Below, piece by piece: positions 1 to 13,362 of a stretch of 64,000 nucleotides of DNA. The stretch is from Podarcis melisellensis (lineage: Eukaryota). The stretch is taken from NCBI GenBank assembly GCA_964234715.1, contig OZ174280.1; one strand, given 5' to 3'. Numbering within the stretch: the stretch's first letter is position 1; the number at the start of each line of letters is the position of its first letter. The translations under genes were made by a program, and so were the position numbers. A model generated the notes under the pieces. That model ran no database searches. It saw only the letters and a list, made by a program, of their open reading frames with translations, and had not been told where the DNA came from.

Positions 1-576
1 GCCTGCTTACTTCTTTTGTGCCAGAAAGAGCAATCTGAAGGAGAATTGGAATCAATCCAAACTCCCACCGGAGTAGGCTGAGGTCAGAGGAGAACGTGGA
101 AGGTTATTTTGCCTTAAAGAGTGGCTCAAGCTAATGCCCGCGAACATCTCTGCCGGCATCGATCATGAAGACGAGGCCAGTTCCATTCCCTGTTCAGTTG
201 CCTCTACTAATAAATGTCTTCGGCTTCCTCCATAAAAGTTTCACACAGTGTTTGTGTGAGAGAAAGATTAGAGACCCAGCAGAGCAAATGCCCAGAAGTA
301 ATTTCTCTAGAACCAGAACAGACTCCATCCTTCCCCCTCCCCCTCCCCCTCCCCCTCATAATGGCTTGTCTGTGTACAAGAAAAACCTTGTCTGTTTTAT
401 TGGTATCTTTTAATTCCCTTCATTGCAGCTCCTTATGTTTCTGTCTGGCTGATTTGTGTTTATAGCAAGGTGGCTTCCCATGCATCACAAAAAAGAGGAT
501 GAAAGGTGACAAAAGAGGAGACAGATTGGCAAAGACTGATGTACATATATTGATGTGTATGGGGTGTTAGGGGAGG

Positions 577-1640
577 GGTAGTACCTGCCAGGCTTCTTCT
601 GGGGTAATCTGTCCACCTTTGGTCCCCACCCTGCACTCAGCTCTCACCTGCGGCTCCTAGAAGCTGCCAGCATGTGACCATAGCCACACCCTGGGAAACA
701 GCTTTAACTGGTCAGCTAAACGAGGTGAAAGTAGTCGATGTGTCTCAAACCCTCTGTGCATTAAGGACTTCCCCTTGCCTGTGAAGTCAGGCTCTGGTAG
801 ATGAGGCCAACAGATGAGGCCAACAGTGGGTCCAATGGTCAAGAAGGTGGTTTCTGCATGTGTTGTAGAGGGAAGTGAGGGGCAGATGGGGCTCATCAAC
901 CTGGGAAGGGAGCCATGTAAGAGAAGAAATACTCTGATCCCAGATCTCTGATGCCTTGCAGTTATTTGTCAAAAAGGCTTCAGGAGTAAACCCTGAGTTA
1001 AAGCCCATACCCGATGCCTTTGAGAGAAGAAAGGTCTAAGGAGTAAACCCTTCACAAATCCAGAGTGGAGCCTTTAAACAGTTGAAGAAGAAGAGTTTGG
1101 ATTTGATATCCCACCTTTCACTCCCTTTAAGGAGTCTCAAAGCGGCTAACATTCTCCTTTCCCTTCCTCCCCCACAACAAACACTCTGTGAGGTGAGTGG
1201 GGCTGAGAGACTTCAAAGAAGTGTGACTGGCCCAAGGTCGCCCAGCAGCTGCATGTGGAGGAGCGGAGACGCGAACCCGGTTCCCCAGATTACGAGACTA
1301 CTGCTCTTAACCACTACACCACACTGGTTGAAAGGCGCCTTGTACACTTCCTTCTGACAACTCCTGGAGCCAAGCTGCTGCCAAACGTATTGCTCTGCTT
1401 TCCTTTGAACCACATCAACGAAGCCCATTGTCTTGTTGTCTGGGCAGCTGAGGACCTCCATACACACTGCCCAGGCTTGTGCCCTGGAGAGGTCACTTCG
1501 GTGCTGCTAACATAGCGAAAACAATGTGGGAGGCAGCAGTTATGAGTTGCTGGTGTCTGCAGCCATGGCAGGTGCTGTGATTCTCCAGTGGTTTGATTTC
1601 CCCCTTGGAGGTGCACTCCAGTGTATCTTGAGACAGACAG
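577..1640 (+). mobile_element. Degraded interspersed repeat resembling an RTE-clade 5' region, interrupted by a SINE
   Basis: Recognised from motifs such as ctgggaagggagccat...gagaagaaatactctgat and ggagtaaaccct. The sequence resumes after the SINE at about 1330. Family call is from memory. Confidence 0.45.
1084..1326 (-). mobile_element. tRNA-derived CORE SINE (Squam3-like)
   Basis: Minus strand begins ccagtgtggtgtagtggttaagagc (A box), has ggttcgcgtctcc (B-box-like), and ends in a (TTC)n tail. GTTGAA on both sides (1081-1086, 1327-1332) is a likely TSD. Confidence 0.85.
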
Positions 1641-1647
1641 ATGCCAA

Positions 1648-1745
1648 GTATGTATGTATGTATGTATGTATGTATCAATCATCTATCTATATCTCTCTAT
1701 CTCTTTATCTATATCTATCTATCATCTATCTATCTATATCATCTG
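1648..1745. repeat. Compound microsatellite (TATG)n/(TATC)n
   Basis: Read directly from the sequence. Confidence 0.95.
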
Positions 1746-3129
1746 AAATATGTAATTAGTGGGGGAAACTGTGTGACCAGGTGATGTGCATTTTCTCAGT
1801 CTACTGTCCAGGTTCTAGCAGTTGATGAGCAACATCAAGACTCCTGTTCTTCCTTCATATCGGTCTTTGGGTGGCATTCAATGGAGCACCACAGGTTCCC
1901 ATCCCATCCCATTCTAATCCATAGCCAAACTGCTATCTGGCGCTTCCTGTGCATTTCCGCAGGGCAGCATCTTGGTGTAAAGAGATGGTGCCTGGAAGAC
2001 CAGTAGGATGGAGACTAAAGGAGGCTGAATGTGCTTGGTGGTTCAGGGTGGAGTTTGATGGGCAGATAGAGTGAACAAAGGAACCTTTTGAGCCAAGTAG
2101 AAAGGAACTTGTCTGCTTATGCTAGCACTTCAATCTGATATTTTACTCCTCCCCGGAGAGCCTGAGGAGGCAGCTAAAACGCCATATCAAGCCCTGAGAC
2201 CTGACAAGCTTGTTGAAAGAATCCTAGGCTGCTGGGATTTGTAAAAGAAACCAATTCCTTCCCAGAGCCTTGTTTTGCCTGGGCATTGCTGGAGCTGAAC
2301 GGGGTGTGGGAGACTCTGATATCTTCATCCGATTAGTCAGATCTGAAGCAATTACAACTTCATTAGCTAAATAGGCTCTTCTGTTTCCCACCCTCACCAC
2401 TTCAAGGCTTTGCCCTTGGGATCCTGCTGTTAAGAGCTGCACAGAGGAAGGCTAGAGTAGGAGGAGGAGGAGAGCTGCATGGTGCTGGCCAAGATAAGGG
2501 GAGAAGAAGCATTGCATACAGCTCATTTGTCAGGCCTGAAATGGATAAGGGAGATCTGGGTTGAAAAGGAGCTATAAGAGACATCAATTTAACATGCTTT
2601 GATATTTCTCTTGCTTTCAGAGACTCATAGTATATGGAGGGACCTTCAAGATCATAAAACACTCCAGGGGCCAGCCTTAGGTAAAAAATGAGGGGACAAA
2701 TTCAGGGGACAGAGGGTGGGAGGCAGTGGTGGCAGGCCATGAAGTGAAGAGTTTAAGCAATGAAAATATTATAAACAGTTTAAAACAAACTACAGTCATA
2801 AGAATAGGATGGGTCCATCTGTCTGTCTGTCTGATGTGTCAAAGGGCAGAGTAAAGAGATACATCTTCAGGATTCATCATGCAAGTTGAGAGTTCCTTCT
2901 TCCATGTAATGATTTAGATTTGCACACATTTGCATAAGGGTAAAAACAATATTTCTGAAGCAAGAAGCGTACTTTGTTTTTATATGACACAAAAGTTTCA
3001 TAGCAAAAATCATTCTAGAAGATCATTCTACATGTGAGAGGGAAGGCAAGATGCTTCTTTTAAAAGGTCACCTACAATTTTTATATTGCACTTGCATAGA
3101 GCTTTGAAGTTTTCAAAGTGCATCAGATG

Positions 3130-3320
3130 CATTATCTATTTGTAATCTTTACAAGCAACCCTGCAAGGTAAGTCAGGTTTCTTATGCTTCATTTTGCAGG
3201 GGCAGGGGCAGTGGTGGCGGCTTTCTTAAGGCCATACAGTTAGTTCACAGCAGAGGTGAGATTTGAGCTAGGGACCTCCAGATTCAGTGTTTATTCTCTT
3301 AGCCACTACACCAGCTCTCA
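3130..3320 (-). mobile_element. Old MIR/CORE-like SINE remnant
   Basis: aatctttacaagcaaccctgcaaggtaagt...cattttgcag...gatttgagctagggacctcc...ctcttagccactacacc. Confidence 0.6.
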
Positions 3321-6300
3321 TAAGAATTTGCATCAATAATATTTTTTCTATATAATTAGGAATGGACATAGATGTGGGGCCCCAGGTAGTCAATTCGTAT
3401 AAGTCGCCCACAAATCACCAGAGAAAACTAAGGGTGGAATTCAGTGGGGTATGTGTGTGAGAAATGCAGTAGGACTTTCATCCCACAGACCTCCCCCAAA
3501 CCTGTTCTGGGTTTTCCCCAACCCGCCAGAGTAGATTTAGGGGGCTTGAGCAATGGAGACGGGATAAAAGTCCTGTTGCATGAACAGACCTCATTCCATG
3601 AATGCCAGCTACTTAGCTGAATTCTGCCCACACATTGGGAATCTCCATTATCCAGGAGCATATCAATTTGAGACCTCTCCAGGGATATCTAGTTGGTCAG
3701 TTAGAACAAGATTCTGGACTAGATGGGCCACTGGCTTAATTTAGTGGGGTTCTTTGTATGTTCTTGTTAGACCCTCACTATATTCATAGTCAGAGATATA
3801 AAATAGTAGAAAATGAATCTGTATTCCTTGGTGTGATGGGCACTGAGCAGTGTAATATTTTGGAATGAGAATTCTGGGATGGACAAAGTCCTTCTTTGTC
3901 TGAAGTCAGGACCCAGTGTTCATTTGCCAAGCAGAGCTCAGCTCTTAGGTACAAAGGGGCTGTTATCTAAGTGGATCCATGGGATGAGAAACCAAGGAGC
4001 AGGCAGAAGCTCACAGGAGCAATCAATATAAGGTCTATTTCGTAGGCTTTTACTTAGATTGTGCTATTCCTGAAATAGAGAGCAGCTGGGATCTAACTGG
4101 ATTGCCTTGGGGAGTGAAATGATATTTAACTATTATGGTAACGCGACACCCCTTGAGTGGGTTGTCATCAGCATGGATTGAATGGGGACTGGGGAGGGAG
4201 ACTGTGCCTTCGGAGTGCAGATGAGAACTCCTGCCTTTTTGAAAGCATTTTGCATTCTGAGTTCTTGACAGAAAAGGCCCTCCATTCTCCCCATCTTCTA
4301 ATCATCCATTGCAAGCGATCTTTTTCACATCACTGAGCAGTTCTTCAAATGAAAAGGAAGCTGTGCAGCTACTGAACAGAGAGCAGCACTTGGGTGTGTG
4401 TGTGTAGGAAGAAACACCCATAACCATTTAACAGAGCACCAGGGTCTTCCAATCTCTGGGCTGCTCCATCTGTTAATATAATTTTCCATAAGGCAAGATT
4501 TCACTCAGACCTTCTCCGGCTCCTGTACATTTATTGGCAGCTGGCTTTGCTCCTTCTTAAATGGACGCTTGCTTATGCATCACCTATATGATTTCCCCTT
4601 GCAGTCGTTTGTCAGGTAGCATATGCCATTTCGAAATGGCAGAAGGGCAGAGAGATGACCGAAGCAGTACAGATCGTTAGCTGCACCTCGGGAAGACAGC
4701 CTTTGAAAACCACTCTTGCAATGTTTTCAAGCATCAGGGTAGCTTTTGACTTTTTGTTTATCTCCCTTGTATCAAAAGGTGGTTTCACTCCATACTACCC
4801 CAGGGTGGCCAAGTGTCCTACTTTACAAGGCATTTAAAGGCAGTGCTCTATTTGAAGGACTATGCAGTCCAAGTCCTGTTTAAAGTGAAAGAAGCATAAG
4901 AAGCAGCCTTGAAGTTGCCCATTGACACTTAACATCTGAAAAACAAACTGAGCAGTACATCTGAAAAACAAACTGAGCAGGCACAAAGATCACCTGAGCA
5001 CAGCCTTCCCAACAATGGTGAGCTGTACTGTATTTCTATTTAAGTTAGAGTTATCATTTTTTAAATTTGTGCCTAAGCATAAAAATTAATGTATACAATT
5101 TTTATGCAACTATGTCCTCTTTTTTCCCTTTCCCTTTTGACTTTGTGTAAGTGGCCACACTATACCACCCAACGATGATGTGAGTTTCCTGGTTTGTGTA
5201 TTTGCCACAGGAAACTGTAGCCCATCAGGACCTCCTTTTAGCATTCACCCATAATAATTGCTTGTTTGTAAGTGATGGATCTTACATTTTAGCGTGCTCA
5301 ATATCAGGCAATTTCTGATATGCCAACTTACCTTGAAGGTTTTTTGTAGGGATGTTCTGAGATAATGGGAATGAAGTACCTTGAACATTCCATGAATTAT
5401 ATAAGTATATATATCATCACCATTAATATTACTAGCCAACTGACAGCAAATATACAGTTAACTTTAATTTCTTCCAACCTGGTGTTGATTTTGCCAACTG
5501 GGCTTAGTAAACCAGATGCTAAAAATAAATGACGTATAACTTTTCAGAGCATTTCCATTAGAAGCCACAAAACACTACATATGGCAGAACTGTTTGATGC
5601 AGATGCATACATAGTTACAAGAAAGCTAATATTGAAAGTGTTCTGTTTTATCATTCACATTTGATTTAATAGCTTTTTGGCTTCGAGCACTGCAGAAAAC
5701 AGAAGAAAAAATTGTGAGCAAAACATACCAACATTTATGCCAGCACTGCTTTTTTTTTTTTTTTGCATGTGAAAGTCAGCCATTTTGCATGTGAAATTTG
5801 CTAAGAAAGCATTTGCCCGTGAAACCATCTCTGCCAGCTATTTATTTAGTCTTTGCTGCTCCTTTTCAAAAAGAAACGTCTTTGGCTATTTTCAGCAATG
5901 ATAGCTACAGCCTGATCCTCAAGAGCCCTGTGTTCAGTGATATGAGCAAGGAACTGATCTATCTAACCATTTCAGGTTCCAACTACCAACCTAGCTGCGG
6001 GGCCATTCTTCCTCTCTTGCGTAGGAGACAAATGAATGTCGTACTTGGCATCTCTTCTGAACAATATTTTTATTATGTTTAGTGTTCTCTATACAAAAAG
6101 AAAATCAGTTTTCTTTACAGTGATTCAAAAACATTTCTGAATATTTTGGCCTTTTTCAAATCGCTCATGCAGTCCATATATTAAACATGTCTCCGTAGTC
6201 TGTAAAGCTACTCACTTTAAGTCATTCTTTACAGTCTCAGATATGCATTCATCTATTGGAAAGCAGATTAACACAGAATGTCCTTTTTTTATTTGTTTAA

Positions 6301-7670
6301 AAAGAAGGCAAATAATTACATAGAATGTATTGGAGCAATGGGGAGGACTTTAAGGAACAGGGTGTGGGTGTGAGTGTGGATATTTACAAATTAAAAACAA
6401 ACAAAACAAACAGAAAGCAGTACAATAATTTGTTGGTGGTGTTTGAAACCTCCATAGTGCAAAGGGTGGTCTCTCCGCTTTCATCGGTTCAACACGAGGG
6501 GGTGGGGGCCCAAGACTGCCTTCTGACATCACGATCATACCATGAAATTTGCTTGAAAGGGACAGATCAAGAGAGAGGCACTCCTGGGTTAAATGGAGAG
6601 CCACATGACATTCTGGATTTCTTACTATCAGAAAAGTCTTGCTGGCTCTTCTTATTTAAGATGAGCTGCAATGCGTAAAAGAAAATGGATTTCACATTTT
6701 ATTACTATCATTATTATTATTATTGCTTAGCTGAAGACTTTTGACGCTAGCATAGAATTAAGCCTGGTGCAAGGCATGCTTCCTTTATAGGTCAAAGTCA
6801 ATATTCTACATTTCACATTCTCTACATTCCGGGAAGTGAAAGTAAGGTTTGTTTTCTTTCCTGCAGCTGCTATAGCTGAGATGAGGGGAAAGGCCGCAAT
6901 AGGTCATTATGAGTCAGGTGAAACACGTAAACAAGAAGCTGAGCCCTAATGGAAATCAATGACTGGCACTCTCCTCGGATATTCCTGACAGGTAACAGGG
7001 TTGTATCTTGTTTAGACACATGAATCCAGGTCATTATAGGCAGATCGATGGCAGGGGTCAGGACTCTGTTATGCTAGTTGACCTGTGGGTCACTTCTACA
7101 GGGTGGTAATTGAGTGGAAAGACAATGTCAGGATTGTCCAAGATCATGTTTCCTTTGCTGTAATTGTAGCATCACCAGCACACAAGGCAGAATATGTGTC
7201 TCCCCTACTCTAATGTTCCACAGAAGGTGAAGGTGTTCATTTAACTGCCAAACTGCCACACACAAAATAAGCTATGGAGATTGCCTCCTCTTTGAACTTG
7301 CTGGCTCAACTTAGCAACAGTGAAGGCAGGCAACAACATCTGGAACTGCCTGCAATTTCCCCAAAACATGAAGGATCTGCATAACAGGCACATGGGTCAG
7401 ATCTTTATTTGTAAAGTTAAAAATGGAAATAAACCTATTATAGTTGTCAACACAAGCCATGAATGGTATAATGGGTGACTGAGTGGCATAGCTGATGTGG
7501 TTACATGAGCCAACATCTCAATAACCTCCGGAGTCAGGAACAGGAAACTGTTCAAAATGTCAGATGTTACTACACCTGCCTGGTATGCAGGATGAGCATA
7601 GGGGAACAGGTTCCACATCTGCTGTGATAAGTTGGCAGTGTGCTCTTTCACTAGTCCTTATGATTGGAAT

Positions 7671-7804
7671 AAGGATGGGGAATCTGTGATCATCCAGATG
7701 TTGGGCTCCAACTCCCATCGGCCCCAAGCAGTGTGCCCAATGGTGAGGGATGATGGAACTTGCTGTGGTCCATCATCTGAAGGGCCACAGGTTCCCTATC
7801 CCTG
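7671..7804. mobile_element. Palindromic non-autonomous DNA transposon (MITE)
   Basis: Terminal inverted repeats aggatggggaatctgtg / cacaggttccctatccct. Internal aactcccatc / gatggaactt arms. Confidence 0.7.
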
Positions 7805-9149
7805 TATCTCAGCAGCCTTCGCAGTCGAGAAGACTATAGATGATGTTTCAACAATGGCTGCCTACTTCTCTGACTATGTTGCTTCCACCACACTCAATTC
7901 TTAAAGTGGAACACGTCAGTGAAGATTTGTTCAGATTGTTAGTCTCTTGGATGGGGCTAAGAGGACTGCTAAAGGCAATTCCACAGGAAAATGCTTGTCT
8001 CCTAGCATAATGAATATTAAGTTGCAGAATTGGACCTGCTATCAGGTGTAAGACAGGAGGAAGAGCAGAATTCAAATTAGATAGATAGATGGATCTCTCT
8101 CTCTCTTTAGTTCACTCTCTCTTTAGCCTATGCAATCAGGTCTTCTTGAGGCAGTCAACTATCAAACTGGCCCCAAAGTCAGTGAGCACCCTATAGTATT
8201 TGAAACCTTGTGTCTGTCCCCTAGCTTAACAAAGCTTGCCACATCCCTCTCAATTATTTTATCCCATCCAAGTGCTAAGTAGGTCCAACACCCATTAGCT
8301 TCCAAGATCAAATGGCATCAGGTGTGTTCACAGTGGCACGGAAGTATGCCTCTGAAAACTTAACTAAAAGTAGTATCTACAACACAATATGCATTGTGCC
8401 TGGTTTCATAGCTGCATTTAACAATAGTCTTAGATGTTATTTTATTGTAAACGCATTGCTGTTGATGGAAGCGACCTCAAATACTGTGCATGAGACAGAG
8501 ATATAAACCTTTTCAATAAAATACAATAAAGTCTACTTATGGCTGTCTGTTCTATAGCAGTGGTTAAAGAAGCCGTCAATGCATGCCACATTTTGTCCAT
8601 TGTTTGGTTTCCCTCAATACTCAGCAACGGTAAGAGCCTTTCCAGCTGATCTCTTTTCATTTTGCATAAAAGCATTTGCTGCTCATTCAGACTCCCAGAT
8701 GTTGTTGTTTTCAAGGTAGAACTCTGTATAGGAATGTTGCATATTCTCAGCACTCAAAACTGTATTTTAAAACTGGGAAATACAATCTTTCTCCTGGGTA
8801 GCATGCAATGTGCAATTCTTAGTGTTGTGTAGAATGTGGCTAGTCAGGACTGGCAGCTTGGCCCCACAACCATGGGAGCCTGGAACCATGGGTGCCATGT
8901 AGTGTGCATGGCCCTGGCACCTAAATTTGTGGGTGTCCAGTACCTTCATGGGGAATTCTGTGGGTGTCCAAGCACCCAGGACCCCAGGGAGTTGGCACCT
9001 ATGTGGCTAGTGGAAGCATCTACTGGGTAGAGGGAGACATTAGTGGGGACAGCCATCTCCTCACACTCACCAATTTGTGACATTTTCAAATTATGTCATT
9101 CTTCCAATGCTCTGGAGTCCTTTGGAAGCACAGGAATGTCTCCATAGTC

Positions 9150-9288
9150 CAAGGAGTGGGGAAACTTTGGCCCTCCAGATGCTCCCCAACTACAACTCCC
9201 ATCAACCCTAACAGGCACGGCTCATTACCAGGGGTTATGGGAGTTGTAGTTTAGCAACATCTGACAGGCCCAAGGTTCTTTACATCTG
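9150..9288. mobile_element. Palindromic MITE, same family as 7671-7804
   Basis: Arms ggccctccagatg..aactacaactcccat / atgggagttgtagtt..catctgacaggcc. Confidence 0.7.
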
Positions 9289-9811
9289 CAGTAGCCCCTT
9301 AAAGAAGGGCATACAGCAGCAGATGTCCCCCTCTGTAGTAATGCCCCAGCAGTTTGTGCTGTTTTCTTCTTTGAATGCCCATAGAGCCCATAGATTCCAA
9401 AGTTAAGAAAAAGCAGTGAGCACACACGTAACTCTCCCTTGCAGCTGAGGTCCCCTTCCCCATCTATTACTAGAGGATGGGGTAGCGTACTACTCATACT
9501 GGACTGGGGATAGGCTGAGTACCTTGCTGCAGGAAAAGTCCAGGCTTCTAATAATTCGGAAAGGCTTCCTTAGCTTGTCTAAACCCATCTCAATACACAT
9601 CCTTAAATGGCTCCAGGGCAGGGGTGAGCAATTTGCTCTCTACTGGGAAAACCATACCCACATTTATACAAGGGCGCCCACAGAGAATACAACAAGGAAT
9701 GAGTTACTGGCAGTTCAATGACTTTTCAGGGAAGGAACCTATTTAGTTGATTTATTCCTTATGAGAGAATTCAAGCCTGATAAAGAAACATCTCACCAAG
9801 TGTTCTTGGCT

Positions 9812-9844
9812 TTTATTTCTGTTACGTTTATATAGGGCTTTAAT
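9812..9844 (-). terminator. Candidate polyadenylation signals (ATTAAA plus AATAAA)
   Basis: Sense ATTAAA (9839-9844), then AATAAA (9812-9817), with a downstream GU/U-rich element tgtttcttt. Confidence 0.5.
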
Positions 9845-10618
9845 AATAAGATATGTAGCTTCCGAACTCATCTCTCATCTCTTAAGCACAAATCCATTCC
9901 TGAGGTAAGTATACTGACTATAATGGCAAATGCTAACAATATTTTGTCAACTGTAAGTTAGACTTATTCTTCCTGCTGCAGTTAAAGGAAAGCAAATGGC
10001 CTGGTACTGGAGCAGGTTTTGCAAATAGCATTGCATGCAGAACCCTGTCAGATCCGGTTTCAGAACTGCCTTCTAAAAGAACACAGAGCCATTTAATGTT
10101 TTTGTTAAAATTCAATCTTTCCTCAGCTTTCATCAAACTCCTGCAAGGCATCTCTACATCCACTAAAAGTTAGCCCACCCGCTTAGCCACAATATTTTTC
10201 AAACAGATGGTATGAGGGAGGCTTGGGAGGAAAAAACACATGTGCACAGAATAGGATTGCAGGCACTGCTGGCTACGTACGATAGACTAAATTTGGTTGT
10301 TTTTAAAAGGTCTCATATAAAGCTGGCTACGTATGCCTGGTTTTATCTTGTGACTTGCAGATAGGCCAAAGTTAGCCAGGTCCATCTATATAGGAATGCT
10401 GCCTTAAGTTTAGGGACAGTATACATAATGCTAGAAATTTGTAGTTTGTGGGCTGGATTGGAAAACATGTGTAGCATTTTGGGAGGTGCCACTTTCAGTG
10501 GTGCCACTGTGCAAACAGTTCAAATGCATGCAAAGTGCATTTAGTTGTGTTGCAGTATGTTCTCAGTGGTAGTGCGTGTTTTCTTGCGAAAGGTCCCAAG
10601 TTGCGTCCCTGGCACCAC

Positions 10619-10751
10619 CAGAGAGGGTGAACCTGTGGTCACCCATCCATTTGGTGCCATCTCCCATCCACTCCAGCTAGCATGGCCAATGGTCAGGGGT
10701 GACAGGAGTTGCAGTCCGGCAACATCTAGAGACCACAGGCTCCCTATCTCA
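10619..10751. mobile_element. Palindromic MITE, same family
   Basis: gaacctgtggtc...catggccaatggtcaggg...ggagttgcagtcc...gaccacaggctccc. Confidence 0.65.
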
Positions 10752-13130
10752 ATGTTAGAATTAGGGGATCCTTTTAATTTGATCAAATTGAAGAAAAAAA
10801 ATTGACAAATCCGCCAGGGGAGTAATTAAGCATGCAAAACTATAGGGCCAGGAGATACATTTACTGTACCATTAAGAGATTGTAGCCTGCTTAAGGAGTG
10901 GTTTGGAACAGTAACTCCAAGCCACAACCTTTCGTTGCCTGGCTTGATTCACAGCACAAGCTTCCCTGGGTTGGTGACAGTTTTCTTGCATTTGAGATTT
11001 CTTCTTAAGTCTCGACATCTCCCAGCCTCTTACTGAATACATTAAACCCCATTTCTGCATTTTATGCCCATAGGCGTAGCCATGATTTTTGTTTGATGGG
11101 GGGAAGAACAGAGTTATCTGTGGCACAATTGGTCAGTTAAGTATTTTTATTTATTTACTTTTTGGAGAGGGGGCGGCTAGCTGCCCCTCTGCAGCTATGC
11201 CCACGTCTATGCCCATTCATTAGAAACACCCTTGTTAGCAAAGCTACCTTTCAGGCAAGCCAGTTTGAAAGTGCAGCCATGTCACAACTATTTCCATTTC
11301 AGAATGATGCTGAAACATCTATTGAAGTTTTCCCTAAATGTTATTTTACAGCTGCGAAACTGTCGGAGACAGATCTCTCTCTTTAAATACTTTTGACTTT
11401 GAAAGTGCAGGGAGTGAAGGGAATACATACTGCATTCCATAAATACTGTATATTACGGGGGGGGGGGACCTCTACCTTCTACGATGACCCATGCCTTCTC
11501 AACTGACCAAGCTGAAGCTTCCTTATTTGTACTGCATCGACAGATTACAGACCATCACACCAGGGGCTTAATCTACGGGTAAATATTCATAGTTTATTAA
11601 GCTTCAGGGAAAGCATGAAGCTGTTTAAGGCATATATGGAAGAACAGTGTCACAACAGAATCTGTATCTGAGGAAAACAGGTTTGCTGCGTGTTAGCAAG
11701 TTAGCTTGAGTGCCTTTGATGTGTAACTAACAAGATAGGGTGAGCTCCATGCTGCTGCTTATTTAAGTACTGGAAAAAGCCTCTTTTAGGCTAATTGAGG
11801 CCCCTGCATGTGTCAGAGTGGCTTTTACCTTGAAAGCCAAAAAAAAAAAAAAATGTAACCCTGACTGATATGCAAATGATAGGAACAATGGAAAGATGAA
11901 TCAGGGTGGATTCTGAGTGCCTTTGTACTTTTGCATCAAACATATAGGGAATGGAAATCCCTGAACTTTTCACAGAAGAGGCTGGCGGGTTTAATGCCAG
12001 GCTAGTTTATTCTTAGTAGGTACCATTCTTTTTTGGTTAGCGGTAGGAAAGCATAGACTGGTTGCTCTTCCCTGGTCACCCTTCCTCCCTTTCCTGCTAC
12101 ATGCAGATTCACGGAGTGGCTATTAACACCACGTGTGAGCATAGGGAGGAATGACTACTTTCAGCAAGAATGGACAACAACCCCCACCCCCAATAATTTA
12201 TCCAGGAAAACAATAACCCAATTATGTTTTCCTAGCCTGGATTAGCAGAAAGATGCAACTGTTTCCATTAAACTCTTTCTTTGGAGAAAGATGCTAAATA
12301 GCATGGGCAGAGGGATGAAAACCTTGCCTCGGCGGTACCTGCATCAGAACCAATACTTGTATAGCACTAACTGAGATCACAGACAGTTTGGGTCAATGCA
12401 ACAAGTACTCCCCCCTCCCATGCGTATAGCTTCCACACTGAAGCCCAATATAGTACTGTTTCTTCTTATAGGAAGGAATATCCTACACCTTGCTCGGTGA
12501 GGATTATTAAGCCAGAGCCTGGCTGCAATGATCTCCGACAGAAATAAATTGCCATCAAGGTTTCTGTTTATAAAACAGCCTCGTTTTTAACCAGTAGCCG
12601 ATTCTGCAATGTGGTTTCATGCTGCTTTTACTGGGGGATTATACTCTCATCTCCACCCCTCTCACTCCAGATTCCCCCCATGTTTGGGCATTTCTTTTTC
12701 TGAGAATAACTTTGAAGCCTTTTAAAAAACACAACAACCAAAAGAAAAATAAAATAATAATCAGCTGTGTACATTATTAATGAAAGGAGTTGCATTATCT
12801 CACAAATTAGACATAGGGGGTATAGAGGGGTGTTTATTTCAGTTCGAGTTCTGAAGCCTGGGGTGTAGAATCTGTGCATCCTGCTCTTCTACTGGTCTCT
12901 TGTGGGTCAGCTCAGATTTCAGCTGCAGTAAGATTGCTTTGGCAGCCGGTGCATCTATGCCATTTGCTTTGTTTGCGAAAGAGATGATGGCCCTGGTGAC
13001 CACCTGGTCGGGTTTTTGTTTGCTCTCTGTGGTCCTACCCTAGTTGCTTTCTGTTGATGGTGACTTTGCCGACCCACACGGGCTATAAGTCTTCTTGCTG
13101 CTGCTGCTGTTGTTGTTTCAGTGTATTGCG

Positions 13131-13362
13131 TTATGCCAAGGAATAGATAGCATTAACTGGTGATGTGGCTTCTGAACTCTCATTGCCTTCTGTCTCCTCT
13201 TTGTCCTTCTTGACTGTGTACTGGCCAATAAAGGAGCCGTCCTCATTGAACTGCCCTTCGCCTCCTTCGCCATAGTCCACCAAGCTGTCATCACTTTCTT
13301 GTTGCTTTATCGTGCCATCTAAAGAGGTCTGACTGCCCTGCAGCGGCTTGTTGTCTTCATCA
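13131..13362 (-). CDS. NFASC: Neurofascin last coding exon (ankyrin-binding FIGQY, C-terminal YSLA)
   Basis: ctag|T GAT GAA GAC...[89 protein letters not shown]. Confidence 0.98.

Larger units (their letters stand above)
6050..13130 (-). other. NFASC: Putative NFASC 3' UTR (distal end uncertain)
   Basis: Follows the TAA stop. Minus-strand AATAAA at 9812-9817, 8441-8446, 7404-7409, 6288-6293 and 6069-6074. U-rich sense segments near 6050-6430. Confidence 0.5.

Noticed and set aside
4933-4980. Short tandem duplication (also at about 15441-15482 and 25207-25231)
   Set aside because: Two-copy slippage events with no spacers. Not CRISPR-like or a structured array.
1-6000. Possible start of the neighbouring gene (CNTN2 follows NFASC in mammals)
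   Set aside because: No CpG island or recognisable exon is seen, so the region is treated as intergenic.
10550-10620. tRNA-like sequence with degenerate A/B boxes (also SINE heads elsewhere)
   Set aside because: Decayed SINE heads. No complete cloverleaf, so no tRNA gene is called.
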